From: a virus | Lineage: Duplodnaviria > Heunggongvirae > Uroviricota > Caudoviricetes | Virus record (IMG/VR): IMGVR_UViG_3300014204_006419 | Strand: one strand, 5' to 3' | Length of the DNA: 50,164 bases | In this document: positions 9,627 to 19,201 of the stretch, one piece after another | Layout: the number at the start of each line of letters is the position of its first letter | How positions within the stretch are numbered: the stretch's first letter is position 1 | Program-made: the position numbers and the translations under genes | The notes under the pieces: model-generated | The model's input: the letters and a program-made list of their open reading frames with translations, nothing else | What the model was told of the DNA's origin: nothing | Database searches by the model: none

Positions 9627-9646
9627 ATGGAACCCACTTTTTCATC

Positions 9647-9982
9647 TTAGAGTGATAAAATATTTCTTGCTTGTTGGAAGTACTTGTTGTTCGTGAGCAG
9701 ATATTTATCTCTTTCGTTTTTAGGAATTTTGTTGAAGTGCGTACTGCAAAGACAATACGCTGATGGAAACGGACGCAAATGCAAGTCTTTTCCGCAGATT
9801 GCACAAACGATACCTACTCGTTGGATTCTTGAATTTATTTTATCTGTGTACGGTCTTCCCTTTGGTCGTCTTGCTTCACAATCTCTGCACAATCCTGCTC
9901 GTCCACCATGGACTACTAAACGGCACACAAAACCACAACCTAGACATTTGAATGGTTTATCTGTAAGTTTCACACTAGCCAC
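9647..9982 (-). CDS. Multi-CxxC zinc-finger protein
   Basis: CLGC, CRDC, CAIC and CSTH motifs. Confidence 0.65.
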   Translation of the reverse strand: MASVKLTDKPFKCLGCGFVCRLVVHGGRAGLCRDCEARRPKGRPYTDKINSRIQRVGIVCAICGKDLHLRPFPSAYCLCSTHFNKIPKNERDKYLLTNNKYFQQARNILSL

Positions 9983-10079
9983 CTTCTCTGAGCTTTCTAC
10001 GATATTCTCTTTGCTTCTTCAAGAACTCTGGGTCTTTCTTCTTTTCTCGGTATTTCAACCATTTACTCACTGAGGGCAT
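9975..10079 (-). CDS. 34-aa basic W..DPEF-motif peptide
   Basis: Manual translation MPSVSKWLKYREKKKDPEFLKKQREYRRKLREGG; GGTGAG RBS. Confidence 0.65.
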   Translation of the reverse strand: MPSVSKWLKYREKKKDPEFLKKQREYRRKLREGG

Positions 10080-10195
10080 TTTCTCACCTTGGCATTTTCT
10101 CTTGATTTTTTATTTGTTGCTCTTTGCCTAGCTAAAAATTCGGGATTCTTTATTTTCTCTCGGTATTTATGCCATCGACTAACATTGCAAACCAC
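10067..10195 (-). CDS. 42-aa basic W..NPEF-motif peptide
   Basis: Manual translation from GTG: MVCNVSRWHKYREKIKNPEFLARQRATNKKSRENAKVRKCPQ. Confidence 0.6.
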   Translation of the reverse strand: MVCNVSRWHKYREKIKNPEFLARQRATNKKSRENAKVRKCPQ

Positions 10196-10197
10196 AG

Positions 10198-10395
10198 TTA
10201 CACCTTTACATCTTCAAGTTTGATTCCTAGCTTCTTGCACTTGTTTCTGAAATTTATTTTGACTCTTCTTTTTTCATAGAAGATGCATTTTGAGCAATAT
10301 TTTTTATCATGATTTGGACAACTCTTTGGAAGTGGATTCATGAAAATTATCCACTTATGTGAATTAGAACAGAACGCTGCGCTCATATTTGGCAT
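10198..10395 (-). CDS. Small Cys-rich hypothetical protein
   Basis: ORF track. Confidence 0.55.
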   Translation of the reverse strand: MPNMSAAFCSNSHKWIIFMNPLPKSCPNHDKKYCSKCIFYEKRRVKINFRNKCKKLGIKLEDVKV

Positions 10396-10797
10396 TCACA
10401 CACCCTGATTTATTTTTTCTATAGTTATATCTGCGCCAGGTACTCCGAATTCTTTTTTTGCGTAAATTTCTAGAATCAATGCGTCATCTCTGAATACTAC
10501 TTTGTTCATCGCATCTAGATATATCTTGAGATAATTGTCAATATCTGGATTTGTTATCGGGAATGTTTCTTTCTTCTTTGGGGCACTCTTTGGTTTTGTT
10601 TTACGCACGATTATTGAAACTTTCAAAGGACACTCAAATGGGATGAATCCATTTGGTAATTGAGTCGTTATCTGTGCGCGAATATCTGTTTCTGCATCCC
10701 TGGTTCTTTTTGGTGTATATGCAACCGCATGTCCGTTTATTGTTGCAATTTTTGGTCTTCCCTTGGGGATTGGTTCTCCGCGTATAATAAACTTCAT
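10396..10797 (-). CDS. rusA: RusA-family Holliday junction resolvase
   Basis: GEPIPKGRP, PDIDNYLKIYLDAMN and FRDDALI motifs. Confidence 0.9.
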   Translation of the reverse strand: MKFIIRGEPIPKGRPKIATINGHAVAYTPKRTRDAETDIRAQITTQLPNGFIPFECPLKVSIIVRKTKPKSAPKKKETFPITNPDIDNYLKIYLDAMNKVVFRDDALILEIYAKKEFGVPGADITIEKINQGV

Positions 10798-11513
10798 TTT
10801 GATTCACCCTTTTGCTTTTCTACAAACTTAGCAGAGATTTCAAGATATGATTGAAGGTTTTGTCCACAGTCATACCATTTTCCTTTTGTGATAATGTACT
10901 GCGCATTGCCATCGTTGATATATTTTCTGATGATGTCGGTGATTTCGTATTCTCCGCGAGCAGACGGTTTCAGCGTTTCGAAGTATCTAAAAAACTTGTT
11001 ATTGAATGCGTACAATCCCATTAGAGCTAGATTCGATGGTGGATTAACAGGTTTTTCTACTGCTCCGATTAATTCGCCTTTCTTATCTAATTCCACTACT
11101 CCATATGCATTTGGGTTACCTACTTCCTTGAGAAATACAATGCAACCTTTCTTGAAGTATGGAATCTTGAAATCTTCTTCTATGATGTTATCTGCGAGTG
11201 CAACTACAAACCATTCTTCCGTTGAAATAAAACTTTTGCACAAATCAACTGCCTGTGCGATTCCTGCGGGTTTTTCCTGATAAATGTACGTGATAGTTAC
11301 ATCGGTTCCAAACTGTTTTCCATCCTTCAGAACTCGGATATAGTTGGGGTCATTTACTACTAAAATAATATCTTTGATTCCCATTCTCACGAGTTTCTCA
11401 ATTGGGTAACAAACCATTGGCTTGTTCCCAATTGGCAATAGATGTTTGTGCACAACTTCAGTGAGTGGCTTCAGCCTTGTACCACTTCCACCTGCAAGAA
11501 TTATCCCTTTCAT
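10794..11513 (-). CDS. rmlA: Glucose-1-phosphate thymidylyltransferase (short form)
   Basis: KGIILAGGSGTRLKPLT, QEKPAGIAQA, EKP and SARGEYEITD motifs. Confidence 0.9.
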   Translation of the reverse strand: MKGIILAGGSGTRLKPLTEVVHKHLLPIGNKPMVCYPIEKLVRMGIKDIILVVNDPNYIRVLKDGKQFGTDVTITYIYQEKPAGIAQAVDLCKSFISTEEWFVVALADNIIEEDFKIPYFKKGCIVFLKEVGNPNAYGVVELDKKGELIGAVEKPVNPPSNLALMGLYAFNNKFFRYFETLKPSARGEYEITDIIRKYINDGNAQYIITKGKWYDCGQNLQSYLEISAKFVEKQKGESK

Positions 11514-11695
11514 CGAATCACCTTTACTGTTTTACCGCAATCTCTACAAACGTCTTCCCACCAGTGTTTCCACTTATGCCCGTCAATATAATATGTTTCA
11601 CAAGGATGCGTTATCGTGTATACTCTTAGATGTGGACAGCATAATTGACGGATTCGTTGTGCTTCACGTGCTCTCATTGGAATCACTTCAAACAT
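11510..11695 (-). CDS. Small zinc-binding protein
   Basis: CCPH and CRDCGK. Confidence 0.55.
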   Translation of the reverse strand: MFEVIPMRAREAQRIRQLCCPHLRVYTITHPCETYYIDGHKWKHWWEDVCRDCGKTVKVIR

Positions 11696-11971
11696 TCATT
11701 CTCGTTCAATAGGTCTTCCCTTTCAAGCTCTTTTGAATAGCAATCAGAGCACTTGCTGAGTTTCTTTATGCTCTTGAATGTCTTTCCACAATCGTCACAG
11801 ATATTCTTAACTAGTTCTGACATCTTTGTACACCTCAGTTTTATTGCTTAGGTTCTCCCCAAATCTTTCTACAATCTACGCATCTAACGTCAAATGCATT
11901 AGTCGTTACTGTTCCTTGCTTTCCACATAGCGTTATTGTGGTTCCATTGCTTTCTACTCCTCTATGTTTCA

Positions 11972-12349
11972 TCATTGCATCAACTCGTGCAGCATGTTTC
12001 TCTTGGTCATCTTGTCTTCTTGCATGAACAGAATCGCTTCGTTTCTATCCTTGCAGAGATAATTGATTACTACTTGCCCGAAACGTTGATTTGGATATTT
12101 CAACCAAATTCGTTTGAATAGCTCTGCCATCTCGTTGATTTCTTTTTCAGTGTGCATTTCGTCCATTTCATCACATGAATCTTTTGGCTTTTTGAGTTTT
12201 ATCTCTTCGCTTTTCCATTTGCATTTTCCGATTATTACTCCAGTGCATTCGAATCGAGTATGTGTTATCTTCGGAAAACTTCCTGCTGCGCTAATCTTGA
12301 CTAAGAATATTTCTCTTCCGCATTCTGGTCAGTTCTTTGGTTTAGCCAT
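11972..12349 (-). other. Reading frame of 125 codons with an in-frame TGA at codon 7 in the Cys position of a CPEC zinc ribbon; the 3' half (11972-12166) may be translated separately
   Basis: ATG GCT AAA CCA AAG AAC TGA CCA GAA TGC GGA, then open in frame into MDEMHTEKE. Confidence 0.6.
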
Positions 12350-13137
12350 CAGATTTCACCTTTCATGCGAATCTTGATTAGCAATTCATTCGCTTTGTCG
12401 TAGTTTTGTGGAGAGCTAGGTAGTGTTGTGTTTGCTTCTGCGTGAGCGAACTCTTTTGCAAGATAATCAATTGCTTTGTCTGCTTCCATTCTTATTTCTT
12501 GCGTAACGTCTACGAACTCCGCTTTCTTCATTTTCAATTCGATTAGTTCATCTACAATTGGTATCTTGAACCTGCGCATCTCGTTCAGCTTTTTCAGGTT
12601 TGGTTGAATCCTCTTATTCTCAAGAGCGTAGATTCCAGCCATGTATCCACGAATTACGTAGAGATACTTCTTTGCAGTAGCTTCACGGTATGCCTCGTTA
12701 AAGGTTCTCAGATACTTGTTTTGATTAGCGACTGCCATTCCCATGTACGGTTTTGCAACTAGCTTTGAGAGACTTTTCTCTGCAACGTCTTTCAGTTCTT
12801 CGTAGAAATAGTTGCTCTTGTACACTGGGGTCGCAGCAAGATGCTCTAGGACATTCGAGTTGTTTGCCATTACTAGCCCTAGCTCTTTTCTGATGTCAAA
12901 GGAAACGAAGTCGATTTCTCCATCGGTTCCTTCTCGTGTGTCCTTGTTTCCGTGCAGCCCTAGAACCTCGTATAACGGTTCGCAATGGCAGCCACGTAAG
13001 TCGATGTCGCTATCTGGTGAATTGAAACCGTACAAATGGCTTCCTGAAAGTGCAACGTAAATCGGCTTGGTTACGTGCATCTTTTGGAATAATCCTTTCC
13101 AGTCAATCTTTGATTTGAGTTTGTCCATGTGTTTCAC
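12349..13137 (-). CDS. DNA polymerase beta-superfamily nucleotidyltransferase (YcgL/RlaP-like)
   Basis: LSGSHLYGFNSPDSDIDLRG motif; likely start ATG at 13128. Confidence 0.85.
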   Translation of the reverse strand: MKHMDKLKSKIDWKGLFQKMHVTKPIYVALSGSHLYGFNSPDSDIDLRGCHCEPLYEVLGLHGNKDTREGTDGEIDFVSFDIRKELGLVMANNSNVLEHLAATPVYKSNYFYEELKDVAEKSLSKLVAKPYMGMAVANQNKYLRTFNEAYREATAKKYLYVIRGYMAGIYALENKRIQPNLKKLNEMRRFKIPIVDELIELKMKKAEFVDVTQEIRMEADKAIDYLAKEFAHAEANTTLPSSPQNYDKANELLIKIRMKGEI

Positions 13138-13139
13138 CC

Positions 13140-13192
13140 GATAGTCATCTATCCCGTGTTATCTCTATTTATGAATATATTTAAAGGTACTC
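13140..13192 (-). promoter_or_regulatory. Promoter (TTTAAATATA) plus leader hairpin GATAG-ATGA-CTATC
   Basis: Direct reading; hairpin followed by GGGTGA RBS. Confidence 0.7.
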
Positions 13193-13219
13193 GTAGGCTC
13201 TGCGATTAACTACGAAGTT

Positions 13220-13507
13220 TTACTTCTTCTTCGCCACAGGTGCTTTAACTTCAGTAGCTACGGTCTCTACTGGTTCAGGCTCTGCTGGAACTGGTTCAGC
13301 TGGCTTGTTGTTTCCAGTCAATATGCGAACCGCGAAGATTACCAGCAGCAAACCGAACAATGTGCATCCACCGATTACGATGATTCCCGTAATGGGGTCT
13401 TTCTGGATGTCAACTCCGATTGCAAATCTGTATGCGGTCAGTACGCCTGCTCCTTGCAGCAATAGCGCAACTACTCCTTGCAGATTTCCTAAAATTTCTG
13501 TTCCCAT
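13220..13507 (-). CDS. Two-TM membrane protein with P/E/K-rich tail
   Basis: Two hydrophobic segments. Confidence 0.7.
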   Translation of the reverse strand: MGTEILGNLQGVVALLLQGAGVLTAYRFAIGVDIQKDPITGIIVIGGCTLFGLLLVIFAVRILTGNNKPAEPVPAEPEPVETVATEVKAPVAKKK

Positions 13508-13519
13508 TTCAATCCCTCC

Positions 13520-14731
13520 TTATCCAAATATTATCTTGTTGGCTGCTTTGTTGAGTCCCTCTACTATCTTCTTTGGGCTAATCTCGATAACTTCCTCTTG
13601 TGGTTGGTCAGGTATCTCTTCGCCTTTCTCTTCTTTGACTTTCTTTTTTCGGGTTCTTGTCTTTGCCTTTGGTTGAACCTGCTCTTTCAATTCTAGTTCA
13701 TCCTTTCCAGTGATGAATATTCTCGCATTTGTGGTGTACTTTGATTTCTTCTTGATTCTCTCATTGCAGATGATTGATACTGCTTCGATGTCTTTTGCAG
13801 TGATTGTATCTGCAGTGATTGCACGTGCATCAATATTTCCTGCCTTGATAGTTGCAACATTAAGGTCAAATGTATTCAGGTCATTTGCATCAATGCTATC
13901 TGCTTGTACGTTATCTGCATCAATGTCATTCGCTATGATGTTATTTGCGAATATGTTATCTACGTTCATATCGTTTGCCTTGATGTCATCAGTTATCATA
14001 TTGTCTGCGGATATGTCGTGTGCTTTCAAATCAGCAGACTGGATATTTCCTGCTTGAAGGTCTTCGACTTCGATATTTGCTGCGTTGATGTGTCCCACAT
14101 TCAAATCTTTTGCTTTGAGGTTATCACAATCAATATTGCTTGAATTTATGTTTCTTGCTTTGATGTCAGTTGCATTGATTCTTTCTACGTTCAAATCTTG
14201 TGCAGATAGGCTGTCCACATATAGGTCAGATGCCTCAATATTCTCTATATCTACATCTCCTGCGTTTATGTGTTCTGCTTCAATGTTCTTAGCCGTTAGG
14301 TCGTTGCAATCAATGTCTTTAGCGTTGATATTATTCGCTTTGATGTTACCAGCTTGGATGTTTCCTGCAGTAATATTATTTGCATCTATGTCGTCCGCAT
14401 TTATCTCGTTTGCTTCTATATTTTCTGCATCAATCTCGTCTGATGAGATGTACCTTGCGTTGATATTTTTTGCAGAAATATCATCTGAGATAATATGTCC
14501 TACATCAAGATTTCCTGCTTCCAAGTCCTCTACGTTCAGGTCTCTTGCTTTGATGTTCTTCGCAGACAAATCTCCAACCGTGATGTCTTGTGCTTGGATA
14601 TTCCCATGCACCGTCAGAGAGTACTTCTCTTCTCCTTCACAGCAGATTTGATTATCTACTATGATTCCTTCATCGTATTCGGTGTCTTCGTCCAACACCA
14701 GTTCCTTCATTTTTATAGTCATCCAATTCAC
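13520..14731 (-). CDS. Acidic pentapeptide-repeat (IxAxD/N) beta-solenoid-like protein
   Basis: About 280 residues of 5-residue periodicity, e.g. DINAKNINARYISSDEIDAENIEANEINADDIDANNITAGNIQAGNIKAN. Confidence 0.8.
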   Translation of the reverse strand: MNWMTIKMKELVLDEDTEYDEGIIVDNQICCEGEEKYSLTVHGNIQAQDITVGDLSAKNIKARDLNVEDLEAGNLDVGHIISDDISAKNINARYISSDEIDAENIEANEINADDIDANNITAGNIQAGNIKANNINAKDIDCNDLTAKNIEAEHINAGDVDIENIEASDLYVDSLSAQDLNVERINATDIKARNINSSNIDCDNLKAKDLNVGHINAANIEVEDLQAGNIQSADLKAHDISADNMITDDIKANDMNVDNIFANNIIANDIDADNVQADSIDANDLNTFDLNVATIKAGNIDARAITADTITAKDIEAVSIICNERIKKKSKYTTNARIFITGKDELELKEQVQPKAKTRTRKKKVKEEKGEEIPDQPQEEVIEISPKKIVEGLNKAANKIIFG

Positions 14732-14913
14732 CCTTTTATTTTTATACGTGCGCCGAAGTACTCATGTAGCATCAGCGTCAATCCGATAATCGCTACTGCC
14801 AAAGCAGCGTAGTCTCTAATTGTTGAATGATTGAAAAATACTACCTCGATACTTTGCAGTGCTGTGATTATCCCAAATGCAATAATCATGAATTTAATAA
14901 AGTTCTTGTCCAT
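14728..14913 (-). CDS. Small two-TM protein
   Basis: Two hydrophobic segments. Confidence 0.6.
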   Translation of the reverse strand: MDKNFIKFMIIAFGIITALQSIEVVFFNHSTIRDYAALAVAIIGLTLMLHEYFGARIKIKG

Positions 14914-14917
14914 TCGC

Positions 14918-15085
14918 TTACCTCTTCTTTCTTCTGCGTAGTACTACATCCCAAGAATTGTTAGTTGAGTTAAACGCAATTACTTCGTAATCAGGATATT
15001 CTTTGATTTTATCTTTTAGTTCTTTAATAGAACTATAAGCAAAAAATTCAAAATCGTAATCTTTGACTTTTCCAAATGTTTTCAT
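14918..15085 (-). CDS. 55-aa hypothetical protein
   Basis: Manual translation MKTFGKVKDYDFEFF...VVLRRRKKR; GGTGA RBS. Confidence 0.6.
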   Translation of the reverse strand: MKTFGKVKDYDFEFFAYSSIKELKDKIKEYPDYEVIAFNSTNNSWDVVLRRRKKR

Positions 15086-15096
15086 TCAAATCACCT

Positions 15097-15157
15097 GCGA
15101 AGGACATCCTTCGTTCGTATTTCTCTTTCAACCTACTAGTATATAAATGTATCGTTT
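15097..15157 (-). promoter_or_regulatory. Promoter (TTTATATA) plus leader hairpin ACGAAGG-ATGT-CCTTCGC
   Basis: AAACGATACATTTATATACTAGTAGGTT matches the 7601 and 21665 modules. Confidence 0.8.
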
Positions 15158-15827
15158 AAACAATATTCTTCACTATTTCGTCAGCAACATTGATTATCTT
15201 GACTATTTTAGGGCGTACCTTGTCCATGACTTTTGAGATGTCTTGCATGGTCGGATTATCTGCGTAGTCAGTTCCGATTGCTACACATGCAACTTTCAGC
15301 CCTGCTTCGTGTGCCATCTGGATTTCCTTTGCTGCAGTCATATTCACCAGATTAGCGAACTGGCTTATCATTGTGACCTCGCTTGGAGTCTGGAACCTAT
15401 TCCCTTGCCAGTGGTATATTATGCCATCAGTCTTGAGTTCAGGCATCTCTTGGATGATTCCGAGAGTAAGCTCTGGGTCTAGCGGTTGTCCGAATCCTAC
15501 ATGGTGCTTGCTTACATCGAAAGGAGTTCGGTCAAAGAAACTCTGCTGCGGAGTTATGTCGATAAAGTCCTTCACTGCGATAATGTCCCCGATTAGATAG
15601 TTGTCTCCGAGAATTCCTGCAGAGCAGACAATGAGTACGTGAGTGCAGCCTTCGTTGAGTAGTTTCTGGATATTCTTCTGGTGGTCGATTCTCTTTGGTG
15701 CTATCTGGTGGTTATCTCCGTGCCTCTTGATTACGGGCACATTCGTTAATTCAAGATTCTCGAATCCACTTCCTGCGATTACACCAAGTTTTACCATAAT
15801 CACACACTCATGTTGTGTCCACCGCAC
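15156..15827 (-). CDS. MTAP / purine nucleoside phosphorylase family protein
   Basis: LGVIAGSG, RHG..H, GNRFQTPSE, VNMTAAKE and TDYA motifs; likely start MVKLG. Confidence 0.85.
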   Translation of the reverse strand: MRWTQHECVIMVKLGVIAGSGFENLELTNVPVIKRHGDNHQIAPKRIDHQKNIQKLLNEGCTHVLIVCSAGILGDNYLIGDIIAVKDFIDITPQQSFFDRTPFDVSKHHVGFGQPLDPELTLGIIQEMPELKTDGIIYHWQGNRFQTPSEVTMISQFANLVNMTAAKEIQMAHEAGLKVACVAIGTDYADNPTMQDISKVMDKVRPKIVKIINVADEIVKNIV

Positions 15828-16035
15828 TTGGCACAGAATCTTTTTCCCCTATTTCTTATTGGCTCTTCTGTGCTTCCGCAGCTTTGGCATTTATATCCTA
15901 GTTTATTTCCATCCTTGTCCTTTGCAGTCATATTTACACCTCAAATTCCAGTTTTATTTCTTAGGTCTCTTTCTCTCTTTGCACACTCTGCGCAAAGATT
16001 CATTTTGTTTCCTACTGTGAAACTGAACTGTCCAG

Positions 16036-16251
16036 TTATCTTTTTTCCGCAATCTTCGCAAATGTACATGTACATGCCTCTCGATATGCTTTTTGATATG
16101 CTCTTTGATAAATCTGTTGTTTAGGAGATTCTCTGTATCTCTTTTGATATGCTCGTGCTCTCGGAGTTCTATTGTAGCACTCGAAGCATAGTCCTTTCGC
16201 GTGATGCCTTTTACTTCCACATTGACAAACAAAATCTGTTCTTGGTTTCAT
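16036..16251 (-). CDS. Zinc finger plus basic helical repeats
   Basis: CQCGSKRHHAKGLCFECY then AYQKRYRE/AYQKAYRE. Confidence 0.6.
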   Translation of the reverse strand: MKPRTDFVCQCGSKRHHAKGLCFECYNRTPRARAYQKRYRESPKQQIYQRAYQKAYREACTCTFAKIAEKR

Positions 16252-16510
16252 TTTGCCACCTTCATCTTGTAAAACACATTCCTTCTGTTGGTATGCTCTC
16301 TGTGATTATTTTCCAAACGCTCTCCAAATTCTCGGGATTGATTTGTTTTCCTGTTGCCAATTCACACTTCACGTTTTCGCCTATTCTAACTTCTCGCGCT
16401 TAGGTTTTTCAGAAACTCTCGCGTCTGTTTGCTGTTCAGTTTGATTTCAGTTTTTAGTGGTTTCATGTTATCAGTCCTCAAACTTCTTTTTTACGTCATA
16501 GTAATTACAT

Positions 16511-16533
16511 AGTAATACAAAAAGCGTATTACT
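16511..16533 (-). terminator. Inverted repeat AGTAATAC-N7-GTATTACT
   Basis: 8-bp stem just after the stop of 16537-16899. Confidence 0.4.
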
Positions 16534-16536
16534 ATT

Positions 16537-16899
16537 TCAGTCCTCAAACTTTGCGTCTTTTCCGTGTCCTGCGCCTGCTGCGAACATAATCCAATCCATT
16601 TCTATACCTAAATTTTTATTTGGTCTTTTTTTATCTCCCAATATTCTTGCGGATACTGGATAAAGCTCTTTGAATCTTGCTCTCGTTTCGGATAGGGATT
16701 CTTTCTTATCTGCCATGAACTGGCTTGGTGATTCGGATAAAACATCATCTTCTTTATCACATTCATCACAATAGTAAAGCGTTCCGTGTATAATCCTTTT
16801 TGTATTATCATCGTAGAACGCATATTTTTTTACGCAACTAAGTTTAGTTCTGTGCTTCCCGCAGAAATTATCTTCGTCAATCGGTTTGGTCATAGTCAA
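16537..16899 (-). CDS. Hypothetical zinc-binding protein
   Basis: CGKH and CDEC. Confidence 0.6.
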   Translation of the reverse strand: MTMTKPIDEDNFCGKHRTKLSCVKKYAFYDDNTKRIIHGTLYYCDECDKEDDVLSESPSQFMADKKESLSETRARFKELYPVSARILGDKKRPNKNLGIEMDWIMFAAGAGHGKDAKFED

Positions 16900-16913
16900 T
16901 CACATGAAAAACC

Positions 16914-17222
16914 CTAGTTTCCGCTGGCGTCAGTTCCTTCCTTGCGGCAAATCGTCGGTTTCTTCACTTCCGTTTTATCCTCTTGTTTTTTTAGCCCATA
17001 AACTTTCCAATTCTCGCAATCGCAATCACAGAAATTAATTTGGGAAAGTAAAATGCAAGTAAAACCAAATAAATCATTACCTATCTGCGATTGTTTGCTT
17101 ATTTCTTCTTCAAGCTCTTGAAGAGTTATCTCTTGGTCTATTGAAATTGTTTCTTCTCCTTTTATTGTGCAACCAAACCCGTCTTCAACTTTCCACTTGA
17201 AATAATATTTCGGCATAGTCAA
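16914..17222 (-). CDS. Hypothetical protein
   Basis: ORF track. Confidence 0.6.
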   Translation of the reverse strand: MTMPKYYFKWKVEDGFGCTIKGEETISIDQEITLQELEEEISKQSQIGNDLFGFTCILLSQINFCDCDCENWKVYGLKKQEDKTEVKKPTICRKEGTDASGN

Positions 17223-17848
17223 TCACGCTCGGTTTTCAATGCAGAACTCTCGTTGCTCCTGCGCTCGCTGGCTCGCTTGTCGCATATCGTCAGTTCCTGC
17301 ACCTCAGACTTCAATCGTTCCATTTCTGGGCAACCTTCGCATAACGCATCTATCAAATCTCGCACTTTGATTTTTAGCTTAAATTCTATATCGTCGCGCT
17401 CTTTGGTAAGCTTTACGTTCGCGTTAGTGAGTGCTTCAACGTCTAAATGCAAGTCGTGATTTTCAGACGACCATTCGTGTTCTCTTGTATTATGCTCTGT
17501 TCCGCCGCAATACTTACAGGTCAGTTTAGATTCAAGCTCTGCGACCTTTTGGGCTAAGCTGTCGGCACGAGCTTTTTGTTCTTCGTATAAGTCAGCATCT
17601 ACCCACGCTTCACGTTTTAATTTGCCGTCAAGTTTATCTTGTAGCAAATTGGCACGAGAACGCTCTGCCTTGATTAAGTTCTCAACGTCTTCGACTTTGT
17701 AATACTCTCCGAAATCATAGTTGATGCTCCAATCTTCTTGCTCGCCCATTCCGCCACATTCTCCGTCAGAAGAAATAAGATGAGAATAGCGAGTTAGTTT
17801 CGGTTCGTTTTCCGCGTTGTTTTCTTCGGTTTTAGTCATTTTTACCAC
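17219..17848 (-). CDS. Coiled-coil protein with CKYCGGxEHNTxEH motif
   Basis: Motif shared with 48879-49520. Confidence 0.7.
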   Translation of the reverse strand: MVKMTKTEENNAENEPKLTRYSHLISSDGECGGMGEQEDWSINYDFGEYYKVEDVENLIKAERSRANLLQDKLDGKLKREAWVDADLYEEQKARADSLAQKVAELESKLTCKYCGGTEHNTREHEWSSENHDLHLDVEALTNANVKLTKERDDIEFKLKIKVRDLIDALCEGCPEMERLKSEVQELTICDKRASERRSNESSALKTERD

Positions 17849-18336
17849 CTAACAGCAGCAGTCGTTTCTATTGACTCCGCAGATTCTACAATTTCCTGTT
17901 TTCTTTCTGCAACTCTCGCACTCATTTAATCCCCATGGCACGTTCGCTTCTATCGCGCCGTCTTTCCTACACGTTTCGCATTTCATTGGAAATCACCACT
18001 CAATCTTTGGCACTCTCGCAACTCTCATTTTTCGGCTCTGCGTATTTCGCGTATGGGCGAGCACAACCGCAAATACATCGTCCATCTCTGTTTCTAAGAT
18101 GAACTGGGGATACTGTTAAGTGAGATAATTCACATCCACAATACAAACAACTCAAACGGTCGTTCATTTCATCACGCTCACAAAACTACTTTCGTTCTAT
18201 AACTACCGTTGTAGTTGTTATGACTTTTGGTGGCGGCGGTTGAATGTAAATTGTCGTATTATTATCAAACACGTTGCACTCTGCGTCTTGTGGCATTTTC
18301 TTTAATTCCTCAATCAATTCCGAGACCTTCATTCAA

Positions 18337-19200
18337 TCACCCAAACAAATTCTTCTTGTACATCTTTGCTGCAGCTCTTGCGATTTCCTTTTCTGCCAAA
18401 TCACTCCAGACTACTTCTCCTTCTGATTCTCTCTTGACATCTTCTAGCATTGCTTCAATCACGAACTTGGTCTGCTCGATTGTAGTGAATGAGTTCTTGT
18501 CCAGGATATGCTGCAGTCTCATTGGAGTTACCCATTCATCTGAGATAGCTCTTGCTTCTTCCAGTACCTTCATCTTTGCTGGGTCTACTTCTCTTGGTGT
18601 CTTTGTTTCAATGAACTCTTCTCTCTTGTGCTTGAAAATCATCCTTTCTCCGTTCTTCTTGAATAGCTCAATTATTGGTCTTATTACGATTCCTTCGCGG
18701 GGCTTTCCAATGATTCCCAGGTTCCTGATTGCCTGGACTGAATCAGCATCTCTCTGCTTGTCTAGCTCGGACAGTTCGCATGGGATTCTTTCATAGTGAA
18801 CGAATTCAATTCCGAGACCATCACAGAAATCCTTGGCATTTGGGACATCTAGCCAGGAGTCTCCAATCTTCACATCGAACGCAATGAACTTGAGTTCCTT
18901 GCCGTAAGTCCCAGACATTCCTTGCAACTTTCCTCCATATGCTTCTCCATGGATACTCACTCCATCTTCTGGGAACTTCTCTGCTAGAACCTTGTTCAGA
19001 TTCTCCTTATCAAATAGAGCTACGAATGAATCGAAGTTTGCTCCGCCTGCGTGAAAGCCAAGCCTTGGTTCTCCTTTCTCAATAGGCTTCCAGTGAATTG
19101 CTGCGGAAGTTCCATGAATCTTTTCTGTTGCGAATACTTCCTTAAACAGAGTTAGAATCTCTGAGTTCTTGTACAAATTCTCGATGTGCGCGTATCCCAA
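18337..19200 (-). CDS. ATP-dependent RNA ligase, Rnl2-like
   Basis: Motif I EKIHGTS, GEAYG, FIAFDVK, REGIVIRP and FKHKREEFIE. Confidence 0.85.
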   Translation of the reverse strand: MGYAHIENLYKNSEILTLFKEVFATEKIHGTSAAIHWKPIEKGEPRLGFHAGGANFDSFVALFDKENLNKVLAEKFPEDGVSIHGEAYGGKLQGMSGTYGKELKFIAFDVKIGDSWLDVPNAKDFCDGLGIEFVHYERIPCELSELDKQRDADSVQAIRNLGIIGKPREGIVIRPIIELFKKNGERMIFKHKREEFIETKTPREVDPAKMKVLEEARAISDEWVTPMRLQHILDKNSFTTIEQTKFVIEAMLEDVKRESEGEVVWSDLAEKEIARAAAKMYKKNLFG

Positions 19201-19201
19201 G

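Noticed and set aside
12329-12331. Genome-wide TGA recoding (alternative genetic code)
   Set aside because: Many well-supported genes end in TGA overlapping the next RBS; I found only one interrupting TGA.
16393-16407. 15-nt match CTCGCGCTTAGGTTT to array positions 38963-38977 as self-targeting
   Set aside because: Five of the 15 nt come from the repeat, the adjacent sequence matches the partner spacer poorly (about 6/10), and a rough chance expectation for such a match in this window is of order 0.1 or more.
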